A stretch of DNA of 63,691 nucleotides, counting the filler, from Octopus bimaculoides (Eukaryota): NCBI RefSeq assembly GCF_001194135.2. It is 9 parts of 9 records of this genome, joined end to end, with 100 filler letters (N's around TTAATTAATTAA, not from the genome) between each part and the next. Parts side by side here need not be neighbours in the genome. Positions count along the whole stretch, not along the records: positions 62,578 to 63,691 come from NC_068988.1; 8 more parts are not named here. One strand, 5' to 3'. The notes below the pieces were generated by a model. That model ran no database searches. It was not told the origin of the DNA and was given only the letters and a program-made list of their open reading frames with translations. A program made the position numbers and the translations under genes. This document shows, piece by piece, positions 62,764-63,691 of the stretch. The first letter of the stretch is position 1; each line of letters starts with the position of its first letter.

Positions 62764-63691
62764 CTAAATAACGAAATCAAAGAGAGGCTATCTTCATTAC
62801 TTAGAAAAATAACTAGAGATGACGACAGAAAGAGAATCCAACAAGATCTAGAAAAATCGTACATGAAAGAATTTGAAACGGTGAAGACACGCCAGATTAA
62901 GAAGTTTATGAAACTCAAAGGTCGCAGAATGAAGACTGAAGTCCATCACCCACCTTTGAAAGCAGTGATTAATGTAAGTAGCCGACGTCTGGAAGACTCC
63001 GAAGAAGCCGTACTAAACAAAGGTCTCAACTTTGCGACAACCATCAAGCGCATTCCATACTTGGACATAATAGCTCCTATTGAAAAGATAGCGGTAAAGA
63101 TACCGAAAGCTCAGGGAGATGAACTAAGGTGGAAGGTGAGACAGGTACTGGAGAAAGCGAAACTTCCCAAACCAAACATCACTAAGGAAGAAAAGTTCGC
63201 TATCAAAAGGCTACAAGGAGACAATTCCATCATAATTCTCCCAGCGGACAAGGGAAATACTACAGTGGTGATGAACAAGTCTGACTACTCTGAAAAATTG
63301 GCAAGTTTTATAAGTGATGGTAGCTACAGTAGAGTAAAGAAAGACCCAACTCTGAAAACAGAGAGGCAGTTGTCACAGATCTTGATCAAGAACAAGGATC
63401 ACTTCACTCCAATGAAGTACAGACAGCTGACTCAACACTACAGTAAGCTACCACACATGTAGGGTCTCCCTAAGATTCACAAGGAAGGTATTCCACTAAG
63501 ACCTATAGTGAACTGTAGAGGTTCAGCATGTCATCCACTGAGCCGCTTCTTGGTGGAGATAATCAGTCCATTAGCAGGAAAGTCAATATCATACGTGAAG
63601 AATTCCACCCACTTCACAGAATTGATCAAGGATACCCCCATTGAATCCAACCAGATGGTGAATCTAGATGTGATAACTCTATTCACCAAAG
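62760..63691 (+). mobile_element. Penelope-like element ORF (N-terminal region into RT), one in-frame stop, runs off the window
   Basis: VINVSSRRL...VLNKGLNFA, NITKEEKFAIKRL, IIILPADKGNTTVVM, KDPT, then TAG at 63460-63462 followed in frame by GLPKIHKEGIPLRPIVN...YVKNSTHF...LDVITLFTK. Confidence 0.92.

Overview
AT-rich animal genomic DNA from a fragmented draft assembly, with about 22 N-gaps, eight of them carrying an artificial TTAATTAATTAA spacer. The SINE families and microsatellite load resemble an octopod/cephalopod genome; this is inference from recognition, not a database search. I could not identify any host protein-coding gene, rRNA, true tRNA or CRISPR array with confidence. The window is mostly decayed transposons: about 20 tRNA-derived SINE copies or fragments from at least four families, a CR1-type LINE, an RTE LINE, two R4/Dong-like restriction-endonuclease LINE ends, a Ty3/Gypsy remnant (LTR, PBS, gag, RT, RNaseH), a 1.32-kb mariner with a nested SINE, a 1.8-kb non-autonomous Helitron plus two further Helitron 3' ends, MITE-like elements, and at least five Penelope-like (PLE) fragments. 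The most interesting signals are: (1) a ~200-bp element with 45-bp terminal inverted repeats enclosing a tRNA-like cassette that ends in CCA (46788-46986); (2) a near-intact minimal hammerhead ribozyme whose core overlaps a stop codon in a PLE-type terminal repeat (51397-51440), with several decayed hammerhead-like cores elsewhere; (3) a head-to-head inverted PLE junction (62578-63691); (4) a self-folding 62-68-bp tandem module in an RTE-tailed SINE. Most ORFs in the supplied track are microsatellite or gap artefacts. Element boundaries were read by eye and are approximate unless termini are quoted.
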